From an uncultured virus (IMG/VR IMGVR_UViG_2897137741_000002) (taxonomy: Duplodnaviria; Heunggongvirae; Uroviricota; Caudoviricetes), in the IMG/VR virus record IMGVR_UViG_2897137741_000002, positions 62,001 through 126,000 of that record: a DNA stretch of 64,000 bases; one strand, 5' to 3'. The number at the start of each line of letters is the position of its first letter. The first letter of the stretch is position 1. The position numbers and the translations under genes were made by a program. Below are positions 29,073 through 39,967 of the stretch, one piece after another. The notes under the pieces are model-generated. The model ran no database searches. It was not told where the DNA came from and saw nothing but the letters and a program-made list of their open reading frames with translations.

Positions 29073-29747
29073 TTAATGGGATTGAATGAGCTCAGGTGAA
29101 TTGTTTTTAGGTGAGTTCACTAAGGATGAAACCTGGTATGCTTCCATGCCATTAGGATCGTATGGCTGCAGTAAGCTTTGTAGATAATCAGGGTCAGTAT
29201 TTTTAGGGTTTAGCCATTCCTTTTCGTTCTCATCAGTAAGGATAACTGGCATCCGATCATGAATGTCTTCCATAAGCTCATTAGGCTTTGTTGTAATGAT
29301 TGTGCAAGTGTTCAACGGATTGCCTTCTGGCGTGTTCCACTTTTCATATAAGCCGGCAAAAGCGAAGAGATTAGATGATTTAAGCTTAATCCGCATAGGA
29401 ATCTTAGTCTTTGGATCAAGACGCTTCCATTCATAAAAACTGTCAGCGGGTATGATACAACGTTTGCTGACGAGTGGCTTTCGAAAACTTGGTTTCTCGG
29501 CCAATGTTTCAGCTCGAGCATTAATCATTTTATAGCCGATCTTTTCGTCTTTAGCCCAAGGAGGGATAAGACCCCATCTAAGTTTACCCAGCCGGTTGTT
29601 TGATCCGTCGTTGATGATTGTCAGGATGTTTTGTGAAGGAGCGACATTATAGCTTGGGTGATATTCATCTTCAGGCAAGAATTGATCTATGTTGAATTGC
29701 TCAATGATGTCATCAAACTCAGAAAATAAAGTGAACCTGCCACACAT
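29073..29747 (-). CDS. yoqW: SRAP/HMCES abasic-site processing protein
   Basis: MCGRF N-terminus, INARAET, HDRMPVIL. Confidence 0.93.
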   Translation of the reverse strand: MCGRFTLFSEFDDIIEQFNIDQFLPEDEYHPSYNVAPSQNILTIINDGSNNRLGKLRWGLIPPWAKDEKIGYKMINARAETLAEKPSFRKPLVSKRCIIPADSFYEWKRLDPKTKIPMRIKLKSSNLFAFAGLYEKWNTPEGNPLNTCTIITTKPNELMEDIHDRMPVILTDENEKEWLNPKNTDPDYLQSLLQPYDPNGMEAYQVSSLVNSPKNNSPELIQSH

Positions 29748-29814
29748 GTTCATCATCCTTTAGGGTTTTTGAATATTGTACAGGCTTGATGCATGAAAAT
29801 CAAAAAGGAGGAAT

Positions 29815-30036
29815 GTGATGCAGCAAACAGTAGAGGTTAAAGAAGTTGAAGTGTTGATCAGGGGAATCTGGAGGAAGAAAAAGTTCACTGATATTCAAAA
29901 GGGGCAAACCTTTAAGATTGAGGAGAATGGGAGAGTAAAGAAGTACATAGCAAGAACAAATCCTTATTGGGATGACATGTATGAGACTTACATAATTGAT
30001 TTGTTGGATAAAAATAAAATTAGAAGATCTAGATAA
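29815..30036 (+). CDS. yoqX: Hypothetical protein
   Basis: 73 aa; ends ...SR inside repeat site. Confidence 0.7.
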   Translation: MMQQTVEVKEVEVLIRGIWRKKKFTDIQKGQTFKIEENGRVKKYIARTNPYWDDMYETYIIDLLDKNKIRRSR

Positions 30037-30085
30037 AACAGAGATTTTATAAAGATAAAAATAAAATTAAAAAAGGGGAATTTAA

Positions 30086-31288
30086 ATGAGTTATCAATTT
30101 GAAAAGAATAAACTGTATGCATATTTAGGTGAAGAGTTAGTTGAAGCACTTAAAAGGAATGAAGCTATTATTGCAGGTGGGGCAATTGCAAGTCTATTTA
30201 ATAATAAAGAGATAAATGATGTGGATATCTATTTTAGAAGTGATAAAAAAGCATGTTCATTCTTAGAAGAGTGTTGGAATAGCAATGTCTATGTAACGTC
30301 ACACACTAAAAAAGCCACGCTATTTATCAAAAAAAGACTAAAGCTACAAATGATCCACTTTAAATTTTTCTCTGATGCTGAGTCAATTTTCAATACATTT
30401 GATTTTACAGTCTGCATGGGAGCTTTTGATTTTAAGACCGAAGCTTTTACTCTACATGAAGATTTTTTGAAACATAACTCGCAGAGAATTTTAAAGTTTA
30501 ATAGACAAACTGCTTTTCCAATTGTCTCATTGTTAAGAGTGCAAAAATACACAGATAAAGAATACACAATTTCTAAGCCAGAATTCATTCGTATTGTGCT
30601 AACATGCATGGACTTAACCATTAATACATATGAAGAATTGAAAGATCAAATGGGAGGTATGTATGGGATAAACTATGACAAATTGTTCGAAGACGAAAAA
30701 GATGAAGACTTTAACCTACGAGAAGCTGTAGATAAAATTGCTGACATGGTTTTAGACGAAGATTACTTTAAAGAGCCGGTTAATTTAGAGTTTAATGACT
30801 TAGACGATCTTTTAAATGACATTAATAAGAGTCCAGTTATGACGCTGAAGATTAATGATGATCAGTACAGAATTGGTCTTGATGGGTTTCTAAAAGAATC
30901 TGTATCAGCGCCATGTACTGAAATTAAATTAGACACAAAGGATTTCTTCGATAAAACTAATTTCTATAAATTTGTAAGAAAACAGAACGGAAAATTGACG
31001 AGCTTCTATGACAAGAACTTTGAATATGTGATTGGGGAAGAAGCTAAAGCGGAAGGAGTAATAGATAGTTGGTCGAACAGCGGAAAGTTATTTTTTAATG
31101 AAAAGGCAGCGATCGAACAATCAACCTACTATGGAAAGGAAGACGGAGTACTTATTGAGGTGAAGATAAAAGAAAAGGATTTTGTAGATGCGGATAATGG
31201 TAAAGTTGAGGCCGCAGCATGTTATGTAATTAGAGAAGTTTCGAAAGACGAATGGAAAGAATACATAAGTGCCAATAACTCTAAATAA
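30086..31288 (+). CDS. Pol-beta-superfamily nucleotidyltransferase-like protein
   Basis: IIAGGAIASL...NDVDIYF and FDFTVC motifs; bracketed by repeat sites. Confidence 0.7.
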   Translation: MSYQFEKNKLYAYLGEELVEALKRNEAIIAGGAIASLFNNKEINDVDIYFRSDKKACSFLEECWNSNVYVTSHTKKATLFIKKRLKLQMIHFKFFSDAESIFNTFDFTVCMGAFDFKTEAFTLHEDFLKHNSQRILKFNRQTAFPIVSLLRVQKYTDKEYTISKPEFIRIVLTCMDLTINTYEELKDQMGGMYGINYDKLFEDEKDEDFNLREAVDKIADMVLDEDYFKEPVNLEFNDLDDLLNDINKSPVMTLKINDDQYRIGLDGFLKESVSAPCTEIKLDTKDFFDKTNFYKFVRKQNGKLTSFYDKNFEYVIGEEAKAEGVIDSWSNSGKLFFNEKAAIEQSTYYGKEDGVLIEVKIKEKDFVDADNGKVEAAACYVIREVSKDEWKEYISANNSK

Positions 31289-31324
31289 AAACGATATTTT
31301 AACCAGAATCCAGGAGGTAATGAA

Positions 31325-31720
31325 ATGAACTTATATGAAATTATGCTAGAACACTTTGCACCCAAGGGAAGTGAGCGGGGTATCTGTACATACGTGCTTG
31401 CTCAATCTGATGAAGAGGTATATGAATGGTTGAAAACTGATCCAAGCCTATCTGACGGCAGGGTAGTCTATACCCCATATCAAGACAACGAAGAAGACGG
31501 TAAAACATATGCAATTTATAATCAGAGCTTTGATATTGTTGGTCATGAAAAATATAAAGATCGAATGATTCGATTAAAAGGTGAGTTGAATGATGAAGTT
31601 GAACTAACCGATCTTTATTACGGAATGACCTTAGTCGGGTGGCGTATGGTGAAATCGGATATTTCAACGGAACAAATTGAATTGTTAAAAGATACTGGCA
31701 TCAGTATGGAGTTTGCATAA
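31325..31720 (+). CDS. yoqY: Hypothetical protein
   Basis: 131 aa, synteny. Confidence 0.7.
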   Translation: MNLYEIMLEHFAPKGSERGICTYVLAQSDEEVYEWLKTDPSLSDGRVVYTPYQDNEEDGKTYAIYNQSFDIVGHEKYKDRMIRLKGELNDEVELTDLYYGMTLVGWRMVKSDISTEQIELLKDTGISMEFA

Positions 31721-31817
31721 AAGTAATTTTTTATTCGGATAAGGGGGTGGTACTAATGTGATTGCTTAAAAGATGAGAAAAAGAATAAAAATAAAATTAT
31801 ATAAGGAGAGTTGTTAA

Positions 31818-32642
31818 TTGTTGAAGTTTAAAAACAGAATAGAGGAAGAAGAGATTAAGGGGGCAGAGAAGGCTAGCTTTGGCGGGCCTGACCTTCTCTA
31901 CCGCACACTTCGCAAGGTTACGAAGCTATATAAGTATATCACAGCCAAGAAGTCTTTTCCAATCCTAGTTACCTCATTGTTTGCATTGTTTAATCCCAAT
32001 TCAGTTCTAGCTGCAGATAAGTATAGTAATTTTGAAGAATTGAAAGCAAATGAGTCACCTTTGAGCTATAACATTTTAACTACCGATGTTGATAGGCGTG
32101 TGCTTTTTTTGGCTCCTCATGGGGGAGGTATTGAAGGAGGGACTAGCGAGCTTGCAAGAGAACTAAGTAAGTCTTACTCTACCTATCTATTTGAAGGTTT
32201 AAGAATACCAGGAGCTTCTGAGTTGCATATTACAAGTACGAATTTTGATGAACCTCAAGCTTTAGATTTATTAAGTAAGCATGATTTAACAATCTCAATT
32301 CATGGGTATGCATCAAGTAAGAAACACACTTTAGTTGGTGGGACAGACAGAGAAAAAGCAGCAAAGATTACATCATTACTTACCGATGCAGGTTTTTCTG
32401 CAGAATTGCTGTCTGAAGATTCCCGTTTAGCTGGCACAAATGAGCAGAACATTGCTAATAAAAATAGCACTGGTATGAGTATTCAACTTGAAATAAGCAC
32501 TGAACAACGAAGAGAAATGTTTAATACTTTTACACTGTCTGGACGCAATGGAACGCAGAATCAAGTGTTTTATGACTATATTGCTGTTCTAACTAAATTC
32601 ATTAATGAAAATGTGTATTGTATGGCCGGTGTAGCACCATGA
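31818..32642 (+). CDS. yoqZ: Poly-gamma-glutamate hydrolase (DUF867 family)
   Basis: APHGGGIEGGTSE, LHITSTNFDEP, SIHG, QLEIS. Confidence 0.88.
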   Translation: MLKFKNRIEEEEIKGAEKASFGGPDLLYRTLRKVTKLYKYITAKKSFPILVTSLFALFNPNSVLAADKYSNFEELKANESPLSYNILTTDVDRRVLFLAPHGGGIEGGTSELARELSKSYSTYLFEGLRIPGASELHITSTNFDEPQALDLLSKHDLTISIHGYASSKKHTLVGGTDREKAAKITSLLTDAGFSAELLSEDSRLAGTNEQNIANKNSTGMSIQLEISTEQRREMFNTFTLSGRNGTQNQVFYDYIAVLTKFINENVYCMAGVAP

Positions 32643-34399
32643 CATTGTTTAATAATACCTTACGATACTATGTTGACTTTGATCAGTGGGGAATAAATGC
32701 ATTTAACTCGAATCCAATTGAAACAACTAAAGGATTTAATGAAGCTCTTATATATGCATCAGAGAACAACTTTCCTATTGTTGAAATTCCAAAAGGGAAT
32801 TTTATTATTGACTCAGTAAATACATTAAATCAACGAAATCCTGAAATTGGTGGGGGAATTAAAATCCCATCAAATATGGAGCTCCTTTTGGATCCAGAAG
32901 CAGTGTTTCAAGTTAACCCCAATAGGTATCAGGGCTATTCTTGTTTTTATATTGGGCTTGCAGAGAATGTAATAATTAGAGGAGGTCGTATTATAGGTGA
33001 CCGGTATCAACATGATTATTCTCTAATTGATACCGATAGAAAAACACATGAATGGGGATTTGGAATACATGTTCATGGAAGCAAAAATGTTTTGATTGAA
33101 AATGTACAAATCTCAGATTGTATTGGAGACAACATTTGGATTGCAGCTCACGGAATGATGAATTACCCAGGGATGGTTTATACGCCTTCCAAAAGTGTGA
33201 CCGTAAGAAAATGCGAACTAAAAAAAGGGAGACGGAACAATTTAGCTACTAACGGTTGTGAAGGATTATTGGTTGAAGACTGTGATATAGAGGAAGCTGG
33301 AGGAGATACAATTGGCCCTCAACTAGGTATTGATTTAGAAGGTTACGGGGAAAACGGAAGAAAGTACGATCATCCTTATGAGTTAACGATATCGGATTGC
33401 AGGTTTAGAAAAAATGGTCGTGGTTCGGTTACTGCTCATACAAGCGGTAAAGTTTCCATCAAAGATAACTACTGTGACAATGTTATTTCATATGGCTACA
33501 GTACAGATGTGAGTATTAAGGGTAACAAGATAATAAATGAAGGGGAGTCTAAAGAGTATGGAATAGACTCTGTAGGCGTTTCGAGCACTGAGACTAGCAA
33601 CAGAATTCAAATAACTGATAACAATATTCAAGGGTTTAAAATAGGCATGATGATTAGAGGAAAAGGGGTATCGATTGATAATAATACCGTAAAGAACGCT
33701 TCAAATTGTGCGATAGCAACACATATGGCCGAAGATGTTTCCATTTCAAACAACAGAATACAGGACAGCGATTGTATTCAGATCCAGGTGAGGAATTCAT
33801 CAGACATTAAAGTAAGCAATAATAAAGGGAAAGGGACAACCTCAACATATGCGATTAAAGTGATGGATTCTAATGATGTCACCTTTATTAACAATAAGTT
33901 CTCCAATCTATATGGTGGTCTATATTGTGAAAGGTCACAGTCCATCAGAATTAAGCAAAATGATTTCTTATTAAGTGGAAAAGGTTACGGGATATATTGG
34001 GATAAAGATTCAAAAGTCTTCCTGACAAGAAACGAGATATTTGAACCAAGAAATGTTGCAATTATGGGGGCAGCTGATATGTACAATATCAGAATAAGTG
34101 ATAACCAGATATATAATTGCAAAGAAATCATTGCGATCCACTTAATAGGCGGTTCTGAGCATATGGTTAGAGGAAATGAAATCATGTTTAACAGAGATTC
34201 AGATCAAGGCTATGGAATATATTTAAACGGAACAAAAAAGGTTCGATTAATTAGGAATGATGTTCAAGGTATTGGTTCAAGAATTCTTTCGCATCCATTT
34301 GCAACGTTTAATGCTTCCAGTACAACTTTAATACATAATACATACGACAGCGGCACACCTAGATTAGCCTTAGATGATACAGTAATCGATTATAAATAA
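32639..34399 (+). CDS. yorA: Right-handed beta-helix (pectin-lyase-like) protein
   Basis: 586 aa with repeated I.I.NN.I beta-helix rungs. Confidence 0.85.
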   Translation: MTLFNNTLRYYVDFDQWGINAFNSNPIETTKGFNEALIYASENNFPIVEIPKGNFIIDSVNTLNQRNPEIGGGIKIPSNMELLLDPEAVFQVNPNRYQGYSCFYIGLAENVIIRGGRIIGDRYQHDYSLIDTDRKTHEWGFGIHVHGSKNVLIENVQISDCIGDNIWIAAHGMMNYPGMVYTPSKSVTVRKCELKKGRRNNLATNGCEGLLVEDCDIEEAGGDTIGPQLGIDLEGYGENGRKYDHPYELTISDCRFRKNGRGSVTAHTSGKVSIKDNYCDNVISYGYSTDVSIKGNKIINEGESKEYGIDSVGVSSTETSNRIQITDNNIQGFKIGMMIRGKGVSIDNNTVKNASNCAIATHMAEDVSISNNRIQDSDCIQIQVRNSSDIKVSNNKGKGTTSTYAIKVMDSNDVTFINNKFSNLYGGLYCERSQSIRIKQNDFLLSGKGYGIYWDKDSKVFLTRNEIFEPRNVAIMGAADMYNIRISDNQIYNCKEIIAIHLIGGSEHMVRGNEIMFNRDSDQGYGIYLNGTKKVRLIRNDVQGIGSRILSHPFATFNASSTTLIHNTYDSGTPRLALDDTVIDYK

Positions 34400-34410
34400 A
34401 GAGTTGCATA

Positions 34411-34424
34411 AGAACACTTGTTCC
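34411..34424. promoter_or_regulatory. LexA box at the yorB promoter
   Basis: AGAACACTTGTTCC upstream of TATAAT. Confidence 0.8.
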
Positions 34425-34484
34425 CTTTTGTGATTTGGTATATAATTTAGCAGTACCAAAAATTACAAAATAGGGGATGAGAGT

Positions 34485-34781
34485 ATGAGTGAACAGAAAC
34501 TTAGAATCGGAGAAATACGGTATGAGGTTTTTGATGACTATGATCTCTACACAGGAGAGTATTTAGGAAAAACTCTCGGCAATGCTTATTTTATTGCTAG
34601 AATTAAAAAGGAAAGTGTAGTTCAAGTAGGGATTCAGAAAATTAATTACTCAAGTGATGCTAAAATTGGTTTTGATGCTTTTGGAGAAGAAACAGAAGAG
34701 AAAATAAAAGAACATCTTTTAGCTGTGTATAGTTTAATTGCAGCAGGTGCAAAAGACTATGGTCTAGAAGGAAATATTTAG
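34485..34781 (+). CDS. yorB: SOS-induced protein
   Basis: 98 aa, SOS box, synteny. Confidence 0.8.
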   Translation: MSEQKLRIGEIRYEVFDDYDLYTGEYLGKTLGNAYFIARIKKESVVQVGIQKINYSSDAKIGFDAFGEETEEKIKEHLLAVYSLIAAGAKDYGLEGNI

Positions 34782-34846
34782 AGTTAGGCTGGGCTAGTTT
34801 AGACTTAAACTAGCCTATAAAACATAACGAATAAGGGGTTAACTGA

Positions 34847-35236
34847 ATGCCAAACATTATTTCTAAAGAGCAAGATGAAGCAATTAAATACTTTAGAAAC
34901 AAATTGAATTTATCAGACAAAGACTTATACATACCGTTGATTAATTTTGAACTACTTAGAGACAAGAACGAACAATATGCCAATGTCCTTTACGAGCTTT
35001 ATAAAAACGACCCTTATTTGTTTATTAGAGCTTTAAAGGAAGGTTATGTGGTTAATCAGCCAATTGCATTTGATGAGGCCATTGTACGTTTCTTTAATGG
35101 TGAAGAACTAGCTATTGTACATAAAACAACAGGCAGAAGATACAATGTTAATGTGAAAATGAAGCAGCTACCCGACGGATTTACATTGCAAACAATGGAT
35201 GTATGGTTGTGGAGTGAACTTGTTCAATTATTATAA
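34847..35236 (+). CDS. yorC: Hypothetical protein
   Basis: 129 aa, synteny. Confidence 0.75.
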   Translation: MPNIISKEQDEAIKYFRNKLNLSDKDLYIPLINFELLRDKNEQYANVLYELYKNDPYLFIRALKEGYVVNQPIAFDEAIVRFFNGEELAIVHKTTGRRYNVNVKMKQLPDGFTLQTMDVWLWSELVQLL

Positions 35237-35486
35237 ATCCATGATATAATTCTCTTTAATCCTAAGGGAGAGAATTAAAATGGTAATGGTTTTGGGGGTT
35301 AAAAGGTGATTAATATTATTGGAGGATGAGCTAATATGGAAGTAAGAGTCGGAGGTTGATCATCTCTAGGAGCTGCCATTGTGTGGCTCTTTGACACTTA
35401 TACTTAATAAAATGATAATTTTATTCGAATTAGAAAGATTGCGAATGAAACACAAAAATAAAAAATATAAAAGTTTATAAAACATA

Positions 35487-35515
35487 TAGACAAAGATAAA
35501 AAATATGTATATAAT
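35487..35515 (+). promoter_or_regulatory. SigA promoter with SPBRE-like spacer (replication operon)
   Basis: TAGACA-AAGATAAAAAATATGTA-TATAAT. Confidence 0.85.
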
Positions 35516-35547
35516 AAAATCAAGTTAAAGGGAAGGAGGCGAACTAC

Positions 35548-35919
35548 TTGGAGGTACTGGGGATAACAGAGAAGGCATTAAGCTATTACAGAGAAAACGT
35601 TAAAGGCAACAAGTCAATTACTCCTGATCAGGCACTGTTAAAGATGATAAGGAATGTCTCACTTGTCAAAGAAACTCATCCTGAGCGAGTTAAAAAACGT
35701 TTATTTTGCACAGAGTACGCTTATGGAAATATGATAATCAAAGTTAACAGAAAAAAGCAGGTATTTGAAATTGTAAATAAATCAGGATGCTTTTCTGATC
35801 AAAATGATTGGAAGTTCCCAAAAAGAAGGTACATAGAACTTAGTAAAGAACTTGGAATCAAAGACTGCAAGTTTAGCAAAATTACATATTCAAAGAAAAA
35901 TCACAATAGACAAAAATAA
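35548..35919 (+). CDS. yorE: Hypothetical protein
   Basis: 123 aa, synteny. Confidence 0.8.
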   Translation: MEVLGITEKALSYYRENVKGNKSITPDQALLKMIRNVSLVKETHPERVKKRLFCTEYAYGNMIIKVNRKKQVFEIVNKSGCFSDQNDWKFPKRRYIELSKELGIKDCKFSKITYSKKNHNRQK

Positions 35920-35940
35920 AAATAGAGGATGATTAAAAAT

Positions 35941-36855
35941 ATGACAGAAAACAAAACGGTATTACGTGAAGCATCAAATGTTGTAACACTTGAAGGAACT
36001 CTGGCAGAAGTAAGACACACTGAGTGGAAAAATGGAAATGGACTAAATATTGAATTAGATATTGAGGTTGCACCTAACGAAGTGCATACAGTTAAAGGCT
36101 TTTCAAAATATAAGAAAGCTGATGGTACAGATAATGCTATTGCCAAAGGGTATCAAACTATCATAAGTGATTATAAGTCCATCGCAGAACATGGAAGAGA
36201 TCAAGCTGATAAAGTGAGAATCACCCAAGGTAAGATTGGATTAAATGAATATTACTCTCAAGGAGTATTAAAGGCGTACCCACAGCTAACCACTAACTTT
36301 GTAAACAGACTGGATGCTAATGAAGAATTTAATCCTAAAGCTGAATTTGATGTTGAACTGTTTGTTAAAAATGTAACTGAAGAAAAAGTAAAAGGAGAAG
36401 AAACAGGAAGAGTTAATTTAAATGGTTATATCCCTTTGTATGGCGGGAAAGTCATTCCTTTTACATTTGTAGTGACTAAGGAAGGTTCTCAATATGTTGA
36501 AAACAATTATGAAAAAGGATCTACGGTTAATGTCTTCGGAAAGATTATTAATTATAAAGAACAAAAAGTAACAACCAAAACTGCTGCATTTGGAGAAGAC
36601 AAAAAAGAAATCACCTCCATTACAAAAAGAGAGTATCTAGTTACAGGTGGGAACGATCCTTATGATGAAGATAGTAAAAATGCTTTTAATCCAGAAGTAA
36701 TTAAAAAAGCATTGACTGAAAGAGAGACTTATCTAGAAGGACTTAAGAACGAAAGCAGCAATGAAAACAATAAAAAGTCTGGCTTTGGTGGAAGTGCTCC
36801 TAATAACAAGCCTTCAAAGCCGGTTGAAATTTCAGATGATGATCTCCCTTTCTAA
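35941..36855 (+). CDS. yorF: Single-stranded DNA-binding protein-like
   Basis: 304 aa, acidic DDDLPF C-terminal tail. Confidence 0.8.
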   Translation: MTENKTVLREASNVVTLEGTLAEVRHTEWKNGNGLNIELDIEVAPNEVHTVKGFSKYKKADGTDNAIAKGYQTIISDYKSIAEHGRDQADKVRITQGKIGLNEYYSQGVLKAYPQLTTNFVNRLDANEEFNPKAEFDVELFVKNVTEEKVKGEETGRVNLNGYIPLYGGKVIPFTFVVTKEGSQYVENNYEKGSTVNVFGKIINYKEQKVTTKTAAFGEDKKEITSITKREYLVTGGNDPYDEDSKNAFNPEVIKKALTERETYLEGLKNESSNENNKKSGFGGSAPNNKPSKPVEISDDDLPF

Positions 36856-36938
36856 AATAAAATAGATCATTAATCTAATACATAACTGGGGTGAGCTCCG
36901 ACTCACCCAACAAAATTCAAAATAAAAGGAGAACTATA

Positions 36939-37910
36939 ATGGCAATCGATATTTTCAACCCACAAGTTTCTGTAGTAGCAAAAGGATTAGAAGGAAAAGT
37001 TATCACAATCTACGGTTCTAACAACTTAGGTAAAACTAAGCAAAGCACTCGGATGAAGAAACCGTTATATCTGCCATTCGAAAAAGGATTAAATGCCATT
37101 GCCGGTGTCCAATTCATGCCTATCAATAGTTGGGCTGATTTTAAAAAGGTAAACAAACAGTTAACTAAAAATGCTGAAAAAGCCAAAGAAATGTATCAGA
37201 CAATCATTGTTGATGAAGTAGACGCTTTTGCTAAATATGCGACTAGATATGTATGCGAGCAATATGATGTAGAACGGATTAAAGATGGTAATGATGGGTT
37301 TGGCCTTTGGAAAGAGTATGAAACTGAAGTATGGGAAGAAATCAATAAATTAATTGGCGTAGGATTTACGGTTATCTTTATTGCTCATGCTGCTGAAGAC
37401 AAAAAAGGCAAAGTATATCCGAAGGGGGATAAACGAGTTTTAGCTCCAGTAATTGATAACAGCGATATTGTTCTTTATCTAAGTTCTAATGGTGTTGATG
37501 AAGATAGAAAAGTAATCAAATCAAGTGCTTGGTTAGCTGAAACTGAAGAGCATTTTGCTCGTAGCCGATTTGATTACATTGACACATACCTTCCTGAATT
37601 TACTGCAGAAAACTTAGAAAAAGCAATTATTGAGGCAGTCGAAAGACAGGAGCAAGCAGAAGGAATTGTCGCTGTTACATACGAAGAGCAAAAACAAAAC
37701 AACGCTTCAGAAGAACTTGATTTCAACTCATTAATGGATCAAATTAAAGAAATTGGCATGAAGCTTAATGAAGAAGGCCGTTTAGAAGAAGTTAATGAGA
37801 TTACAGAGAAACATTTAGGTAAGGGTGTAAAGGTTACTGAGTGCAGCCGTAAGCAAGTAGGTGTCATGTCTGTAATTCTAGATGATCTAAAAGACCTTCT
37901 AGCAGAATAA
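36939..37910 (+). CDS. yorG: AAA/RecA-like ATPase (Sak4-like)
   Basis: GSNNLGKT, IIVDE. Confidence 0.8.
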   Translation: MAIDIFNPQVSVVAKGLEGKVITIYGSNNLGKTKQSTRMKKPLYLPFEKGLNAIAGVQFMPINSWADFKKVNKQLTKNAEKAKEMYQTIIVDEVDAFAKYATRYVCEQYDVERIKDGNDGFGLWKEYETEVWEEINKLIGVGFTVIFIAHAAEDKKGKVYPKGDKRVLAPVIDNSDIVLYLSSNGVDEDRKVIKSSAWLAETEEHFARSRFDYIDTYLPEFTAENLEKAIIEAVERQEQAEGIVAVTYEEQKQNNASEELDFNSLMDQIKEIGMKLNEEGRLEEVNEITEKHLGKGVKVTECSRKQVGVMSVILDDLKDLLAE

Positions 37911-37952
37911 AAGAGGAGGGATTATTCTCTCCTCCTTATTAGGAGTGATTAT

Positions 37953-38423
37953 TTGGGGAGACAAGTTAAATGTCCTTATTGCGAGACCAAGTTAGACAAA
38001 GACTCAGCCATTCCTTATAAAAAAAGATATTACCATGAAAAGTGTTTTAATACCTGGAAGCAAGAAACAGATCACAGAAAAGAGTTAATTCAATACATAT
38101 GCAATTTATATGGTCTTACATCTCCAACTGGCATGATGTTGAAACAAATTAAAGAGTATCAAGAGGAATATGGGTATAAGCTTAAAGGAATTGAACTAGC
38201 GCTTAGATACTTTTATGAAACTTTGGATAATCAACCCAGAGAAGGAGATGGCATTGGAATCGTACCATTTGTTTATGATGAAGCAAAGCGGCATTACATT
38301 AGACAAAAAGCCATCCGAAAATCAGCTGAAGATCCAAAGAATCATAAAAGAGAAGAAATTACGTTAGTCATAAAAAAAGGAATGAGAAAGAAAAGAGGGC
38401 TAGTTGATATCTCAACGCTATAG
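37953..38423 (+). CDS. yorH: Zn-finger replication-associated protein
   Basis: 156 aa, CPYC..HEKC. Confidence 0.8.
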   Translation: MGRQVKCPYCETKLDKDSAIPYKKRYYHEKCFNTWKQETDHRKELIQYICNLYGLTSPTGMMLKQIKEYQEEYGYKLKGIELALRYFYETLDNQPREGDGIGIVPFVYDEAKRHYIRQKAIRKSAEDPKNHKREEITLVIKKGMRKKRGLVDISTL

Positions 38424-38437
38424 GAAGGAGAGTCCAT

Positions 38438-39952
38438 TTGCTACAAGACAAACAGGCAATAATTCAAGTTTTAGGGAGCATTTTAAAAGATCCCACAATC
38501 TTGTCAGAGAGCAATAAATATAAGATAACTTCGGATGATTTTCCTTCAAGGTTTCATTCAATATTATTTTTTGCCATGAGCAACCTATTTCATCAAGGAA
38601 CTGAAGTATTGAATGACGTTGAAATAGATGGATATCTAAAGGATTACGATATTCAATATAAAATTTTCCATGATAATAAGGGTCTTGAATATATAGAAAA
38701 AATACAAGAGTTGGCAGTTGTCGAAAACTTTGATTACCACTATAAAAGATTAAAAAAGTTTAGTCTGCTTAGAGAAATGGATGGCTTGGGATTCGATATT
38801 AAGGAAATATATGATGAATCTCTGATTGACCCAAAAGAACAAGAAAAGATGCAAGAACAGTTTGATAAGAAGTCGATTGATGAAATTTTGACAGCTTATG
38901 AAATGAAGATTGTAGACATAAAAGAAAAATTCAGAACTTCATCTGAAAGTGTGGGAATCCAGGGTGGAGAAGGTATTAATGAATTATTGGATTCATTCGA
39001 AGAGTCGCCGGATATTGGAGTTCCATTAAATAGCGAAATGCTTACTTCAATTTTTCGGGGATCACGGAAGAAAAAGTTCTATCTGCGCTCAAGTATTACA
39101 GGTGGCGGTAAAACAAGAAACATGGTAGCTGACGCTTGTCGCTTAAGTGCAACTGAACTTTATGATCCTAAAAAGAAGGAATGGGTATCAAACCCATGGA
39201 GTGAAAGTTCTAAAGTTATTTCAACAGAAATGATGGCCGAAGAATTGCAAAGTTTAGCACTTGCCTACATTAGTGGTGTAGAAGAGAAAAAAATCCTTAG
39301 AAATACAATAAATGAACAAGAAAAACAACTTGTGCGTAAGGCAGCTAAAGTTCTTCAAGAGTCTAACATATGGTTCGAACATCTGCCTGATTTTAATATT
39401 CAGGAGATTGAAAGAACAATTGAAAAGAACGTCATTAAAAACAATGTAGAGTACGTTTATTTCGATTATATTCACTCATCAGTAACCATTTTTTCAGAGA
39501 TGAGCAAAAAAAGTGGTGTCAACTTGAGGGAAGACCAAATTCTTTTACTAATGTCGGATAAGTTAAAAGGCTTATGTAACAAATACGATGTCTATATGAT
39601 GAGTGCAACTCAGCTGAATGGTGATTGGAAAGAAGCATGGTTAAAAGGACAAGTAATAGATGCTTCTTACTTGAGAGGAAGTAAGGCCATCGCAGATAAA
39701 ACAGATGCTGCAATGATAATTCTTCCTTTAAGTAAAAAAGAGAAGGATGCAATTGATCCAATCTTAAAAGAAGGATTTTATCCAGAGCCAAATTTTGTTA
39801 CACATGTATTTAAAAATAGAGGAAATGAGTATGACAAAGTTAAAGTCTTTTCCCATATCAATATGGGCAACATGCGGATTAAGGACTGTTTCACAACAAA
39901 TCTTGACAATGAACTAATCACAGTTGAGAAATTGAATATAAAAGCAGGATGA
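38438..39952 (+). CDS. yorI: DnaB-like replicative helicase
   Basis: TGGGKT, STEM, FDYI, ATQLN. Confidence 0.9.
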   Translation: MLQDKQAIIQVLGSILKDPTILSESNKYKITSDDFPSRFHSILFFAMSNLFHQGTEVLNDVEIDGYLKDYDIQYKIFHDNKGLEYIEKIQELAVVENFDYHYKRLKKFSLLREMDGLGFDIKEIYDESLIDPKEQEKMQEQFDKKSIDEILTAYEMKIVDIKEKFRTSSESVGIQGGEGINELLDSFEESPDIGVPLNSEMLTSIFRGSRKKKFYLRSSITGGGKTRNMVADACRLSATELYDPKKKEWVSNPWSESSKVISTEMMAEELQSLALAYISGVEEKKILRNTINEQEKQLVRKAAKVLQESNIWFEHLPDFNIQEIERTIEKNVIKNNVEYVYFDYIHSSVTIFSEMSKKSGVNLREDQILLLMSDKLKGLCNKYDVYMMSATQLNGDWKEAWLKGQVIDASYLRGSKAIADKTDAAMIILPLSKKEKDAIDPILKEGFYPEPNFVTHVFKNRGNEYDKVKVFSHINMGNMRIKDCFTTNLDNELITVEKLNIKAG

Positions 39953-39967
39953 GGGGTGTAGCGCCCT

